64,000 nucleotides of DNA from Patescibacteria group bacterium (lineage in GTDB: Bacteria; Patescibacteriota; Microgenomatia; UBA8517): assembly GCA_035291665.1 (NCBI GenBank), contig DATDRP010000003.1, forward strand, positions 148,549 through 212,548, written 5' to 3'. Of the stretch, positions 60,502-64,000 are shown in pieces. The translations under genes were made by a program, and so were the position numbers. Position 1 is the stretch's first letter, and every line of letters begins with the position of its first letter. The notes under the pieces were generated by a model. That model made no database searches, was not told the DNA's origin, and saw nothing but the letters and a program-made list of their open reading frames with translations.

Positions 60502-60666
60502 TAATAAAAGTATATACTCCTCTTACTTGAATTTGAATCTTCATGTAAGAGATTATATATTCAAAACCTCTCGTCCGCCTTTGGCGAGACTCAAGTTTGT
60601 TGACTATAACAAGCAGAAAACGTATAACAAGTGGGGGTCAGAAAAAAGACAGATTCTTACAAGAAC

Positions 60667-60915
60667 TCAAAGCCCCAGGATTGTGTCCAGTCGGGCTTTG
60701 TCAAACCCAACAACAACATCGTTAGTGCCATCGTCTTTTGCGACTGCCGTAAACGGAACACCCATAAAACCTCCGGAAAGACCCAGCATCTCGCTTCTTG
60801 CAACCTCATCGTCATCAACTTTTTTTTCTGAATATGAAATGTGTTTTTCGTCAAGATAATCCTTAAGCATTTTACAATAAGGACATGTGGTTGTTGAAAA
60901 TATTGTTACTTTCAT
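60667..60915 (-). CDS. Glutaredoxin-like protein (NrdH/YruB-type)
   Basis: MKVTIFSTTTCPYCKMLKDYL. The true start is ATG at 60915. Confidence 0.7.
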   Translation of the reverse strand: MKVTIFSTTTCPYCKMLKDYLDEKHISYSEKKVDDDEVARSEMLGLSGGFMGVPFTAVAKDDGTNDVVVGFDKARLDTILGL

Positions 60916-61005
60916 CTGTCTATCACCCCCCAGTGAGATAGTTATAATAAAGCATCTCACGGGGTCACGTTTGATGACTTGTCTATCAAACTGTGACTCA
61001 GTAAT
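60916..61005 (-). promoter_or_regulatory. Structured 5' leader, copy 1 (two hairpins, G-run/SD), paralogous to 61627-61725
   Basis: GUUUGAUAGACAAGUCAUCAAAC hairpin, then CCGUGAGAU...AUCUCACUGGGGGGUGAUAG, then AUG. Confidence 0.4.
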
Positions 61006-61038
61006 TTTTAGCTTACCAGCAACTCGACTTGCTAACAA

Positions 61039-61626
61039 CTACTTAACAACCATCACTCCCTCCATACCCATTGCCCGGTGGTTTCCAACACTGCAGTAAA
61101 AAGTGTATTCACCGGCTTTAGCGGGTGCCGTAAATTCAACAACGGATTCCTGATCAGTTGATATTTGCTTAGTGGCAATAGCCAAATCATCAAATGTCAA
61201 ATCATGGATTCCACCGCTATTTTTGAAAACTAATTTTATTTTTTCTCCGGCTTTCACTTCAAAAGTTTTAGGATCGAATTTAAAATTGCTCCCCTTAACA
61301 ACAATCTCTTTTACTGTTTCGTTTGCTGCGCTTGGTGTTTCAATTACTTGGTTGCCCGTAGACGTTCCTTCAACATTTCCGCTTCCTGTCGTTGTGCTTT
61401 CCGGTTGAGTTCTGGCAACAGGGGTTGGTAAGGCTGTTGTTTGACTCTTTGGTTTATTCATAAAGAAAAAATAATAGACTCCCACAAGTGCAATCAGTGC
61501 AATAAAAATCATTGCAACAAGCATGTTTTTTGAACCTTTTGAATCATCGCCCGAACTTTCTGTAGTAGTCTCAGGCGTAACCGGAGTTTCTTCATCCTGA
61601 ACTTCTTTGTTATTTTCTTCTTCCAT
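61039..61626 (-). CDS. Membrane-anchored cupredoxin (plastocyanin/azurin-like blue copper protein)
   Basis: Copper ligands in GGIHDL...YTFYCSVGNHRAMGMEG (H, C, H, M). N-terminal TM. Confidence 0.75.
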   Translation of the reverse strand: MEEENNKEVQDEETPVTPETTTESSGDDSKGSKNMLVAMIFIALIALVGVYYFFFMNKPKSQTTALPTPVARTQPESTTTGSGNVEGTSTGNQVIETPSAANETVKEIVVKGSNFKFDPKTFEVKAGEKIKLVFKNSGGIHDLTFDDLAIATKQISTDQESVVEFTAPAKAGEYTFYCSVGNHRAMGMEGVMVVK

Positions 61627-61725
61627 AAATTATCACCTCCCCCCGGTGAGGCAGTTCCGATTAAGTCGGAACATCTCACGGAGTCCAAGTTGGATGGCAA
61701 AGTCTATCCAACCGGGACCAACAAA
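61627..61725 (-). promoter_or_regulatory. Structured 5' leader, copy 2
   Basis: GGUUGGAUAGACUUUGCCAUCCAAC hairpin, then CCGUGAGAUG-[hairpin]-CCUCACCGGGGGGAGGUGAUAA, then AUG. Helix 1 covaries with copy 1. Confidence 0.4.
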
Positions 61726-61845
61726 TTAATATTTAGAAATTTTCCCTACAATACTTGTTTGAGCATTCTCAGTCAACCACCAAGATTATTAATATATCAA
61801 CTCAATTCTGAAATATAGCTTAAAAATCCCGAAGATGAAATATTT

Positions 61846-62577
61846 TTAAGTAAAGAAGAAGCTCAATATTTTGGTCCAAATCGTCTCTTCTACGCCCAGA
61901 ATCTCTCCATTTACCGCCGATATTTTCGCCGTAACCTGAGCGTCATATGTATAAAGATCTGTTATTTGAATATCCTTTACAGCTGCAATTTCATAATACA
62001 AATTTCCCGTTTCGTCCTCGGATATCCTCATCGGGGTTAGTTCTTTCAATCTGGTAGCTATTTTTGATTTTACTAAAACGTTAACGGCCTCCTGAGGAGG
62101 TACTGGCAGAAATCTGTATCCTGTTGGAGTGAGAAGTGTAATCTTTGCTTTGTCGGGATCAACATTAACTTGAAAATCTGTTATTGCCCTGAAAGATCCC
62201 TGTCCGACAACAAAATTTTTATCGTTCTTTGCAATATATAAATTACTGACGGCCGGACGGTCTTCAAATTCAATAATTTTTTCGTCAACATCCGTCACAT
62301 CAAAATTTTTTTCACCAACATCGGTTGAAATATTCAAACTCAGCTTCCCATCTTTTTTCGTCAGCGATATCGGCAAATCCTTTCCCACCAGATCAAAAAC
62401 CGAATTAATTACCGATTTTTCTTTATTCCCCAAATCATCGCTTTCATATGATAGAACATTCGAGCTCACTACCCCGTCTTTTCCAACAGTTATTAGTTGC
62501 GCATAAGAAGCCCTAGTCCAAACGAAAAACTCCAACAAGATAAATCCTGTTAATCCGACTATCTTAATCTTTCCCAT
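61846..62577 (-). CDS. Hypothetical secreted protein
   Basis: Signal peptide-like N-terminus. Confidence 0.4.
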   Translation of the reverse strand: MGKIKIVGLTGFILLEFFVWTRASYAQLITVGKDGVVSSNVLSYESDDLGNKEKSVINSVFDLVGKDLPISLTKKDGKLSLNISTDVGEKNFDVTDVDEKIIEFEDRPAVSNLYIAKNDKNFVVGQGSFRAITDFQVNVDPDKAKITLLTPTGYRFLPVPPQEAVNVLVKSKIATRLKELTPMRISEDETGNLYYEIAAVKDIQITDLYTYDAQVTAKISAVNGEILGVEETIWTKILSFFFT

Positions 62578-62604
62578 TATCGATACATTATACTCAAAAT
62601 TTTC

Positions 62605-62650
62605 TTCCCGTAATATCGTAATATCTTAATATCGTAAAATCCTATCCGAT
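62605..62650. repeat. 8-bp tandem array (CGTAATAT variant)
   Basis: CGTAATATCGTAATATCTTAATATCGTAAAATCC. Confidence 0.7.
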
Positions 62651-63450
62651 TTTCCGCATATATACCGCATTATTAACGCACGTTTCTATCATACCCGCAA
62701 GAATCCACAATTCAACCACTTCAAAGAAAAACCGTAAGGTCAACCCGAAGAAACGACCTGGCAAATCTCCCTTACTTCATTTTTCGGATGAGGACAGCTG
62801 TAAGACCCGAAACCATAGCAAACATCAGCCATGTTGTCTGAGCAAAAACAAAAATTGAGTGTCTGAATTGCCCTGTACCCCAAAAGACTAATGAAGCAAA
62901 ACAAAACAAAAACAAAGCATTGATAAATAATTCTCGATCTTTTTTCTTAACCAAGTAAGCTCACCTCCTTTAAATAATAGCTTGGGCAGTTTGATTAATA
63001 GGATTGGTATAAACCCAGCGAAGAATCTTAAAAATATTACCAGATTTAAGATTTCCGTCCCGCATTAAATCCTGCTTCCGGCGGGATTAAAAAACAAACC
63101 CTTCATTAATAATAACCAACAAAGACGTGTAATGTAAACAATTACAATTTTAAGTAAACTCCGAAGATTCCCAAGACCATCGCGACCAACAGCCACTGCG
63201 TTGATGCCAGCCAAATATCAGTACCTAAATACCCTATTCCCGAAAAGACAACCGCAACGAAAGATAGAACCATCAAAGAATTAGTAACCATATCATTGTT
63301 GCTTTTTGATGCCATATTTATCACCCCCAAACTTATTACAAAATTATTTGTCGACTTCAAAAATACTAGAATTTTTGGTCTTTGAATTATCTTAGCATAA
63401 TCTAGGAGTTGAAATGATTTTTGATTTGATGAATAATCCCATAAACCACT

Positions 63451-63906
63451 ATGAAAAGCCAACTTGATAAGTTGAAAACACTTCTTCTGGCTATCGGAAT
63501 TATAATTGTCGGGTTAGTCTTCACATTTATAAAATTCTTCAATGTTCTTGAGCCGCCTCAAACCGGAACTGGGGTGGTTAATAACACAACACCCTCTCCC
63601 TCGGCCGGAACAGTTAAACTCACTGTTAACTTCGGGAATAATAGTGTTATCAGTTTTGAAGGAAATTACGATCAGAATAAAACCCCACTCGCTCTTTTGA
63701 AAAATGCCGCATCTCAAAACGGATTTACTGTTGAAAGTCAGAACTCTACTAACGGACCGTCTGTTCAATCCATCGGCGGCATAGCCGGTGATGATAAATA
63801 TTTCTGGGGTTACTATGTAAATGGCCAAATGGGTAATACTGCTTCCGATCAGTACCAACTCACTCCGGGAGACCGTGTCGAATGGAAGTTTGAAGAGATA
63901 AAGTAA
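63451..63906 (+). CDS. Hypothetical secreted protein (DUF4430-like C-terminus)
   Basis: N-terminal TM. C-terminal YFWGYYVNG...VEWKF. Confidence 0.4.
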   Translation: MKSQLDKLKTLLLAIGIIIVGLVFTFIKFFNVLEPPQTGTGVVNNTTPSPSAGTVKLTVNFGNNSVISFEGNYDQNKTPLALLKNAASQNGFTVESQNSTNGPSVQSIGGIAGDDKYFWGYYVNGQMGNTASDQYQLTPGDRVEWKFEEIK

Positions 63907-64000
63907 TATGAGTCAATTACCAATTAAATCATTACAAAAACAGATCCGTGTTCAAGGAAGTCTGGTGTACCCACTCCGCTAAAGCGCGGGGTAGGAAATC

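Overview
AT-rich bacterial chromosomal window with small, tightly packed genes, mostly on the minus strand. The gene content fits a CPR/Patescibacteria-type genome: archaeal-type triosephosphate isomerase, class I FBP aldolase, B12-dependent class II RNRs, two four-helix-bundle ('23S IVS') proteins and a short PGK. Main content, in order: recF, two glycosyltransferases, a TIM-barrel hydrolase, fpg, a 5'-3' exonuclease fused to a nucleotidyltransferase-like domain beside a CYTH protein, ftsH, and TrpRS with an N-terminal YbaK-like editing domain. Next is a tRNA cluster (three CAT-anticodon tRNAs or fragments plus a tRNA-Ile(UAU)) flanked by a tyrosine recombinase and a T4SS-type P-loop ATPase, which looks like an integrative-element remnant. 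Then an nrdR-nrdJ-nrdJ-(4HB)-pduO locus, a CPBP protease and a HEPN-like protein, and a cell-wall locus with two class-A PBP paralogs bracketing a YafQ/DinJ toxin-antitoxin pair and two paralogous secreted proteins. The window ends with a central-carbon cluster (2-hydroxyacid dehydrogenase, PfkB kinase, FBA, tkt, rpe, gap, pgk, rpiB, tpiA), a glutaredoxin-like protein and a cupredoxin. Features not explained by the genes: 8-bp tandem arrays (TAATATCY)n around the RNR/T4SS region that also intrude into coding sequence, in-frame microsatellite insertions in housekeeping genes, a 159-bp GC-rich insert flanked by a duplicated fpg start, two conserved ~130-bp elements after the PBP-locus genes, two paralogous structured 5' leaders before redox genes, and a ~470-bp ORF-free region with promoter and terminators. 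I found no single clearly new multi-gene system; the strongest candidates are listed as findings. All calls are by eye from the sequence; no searches were run.
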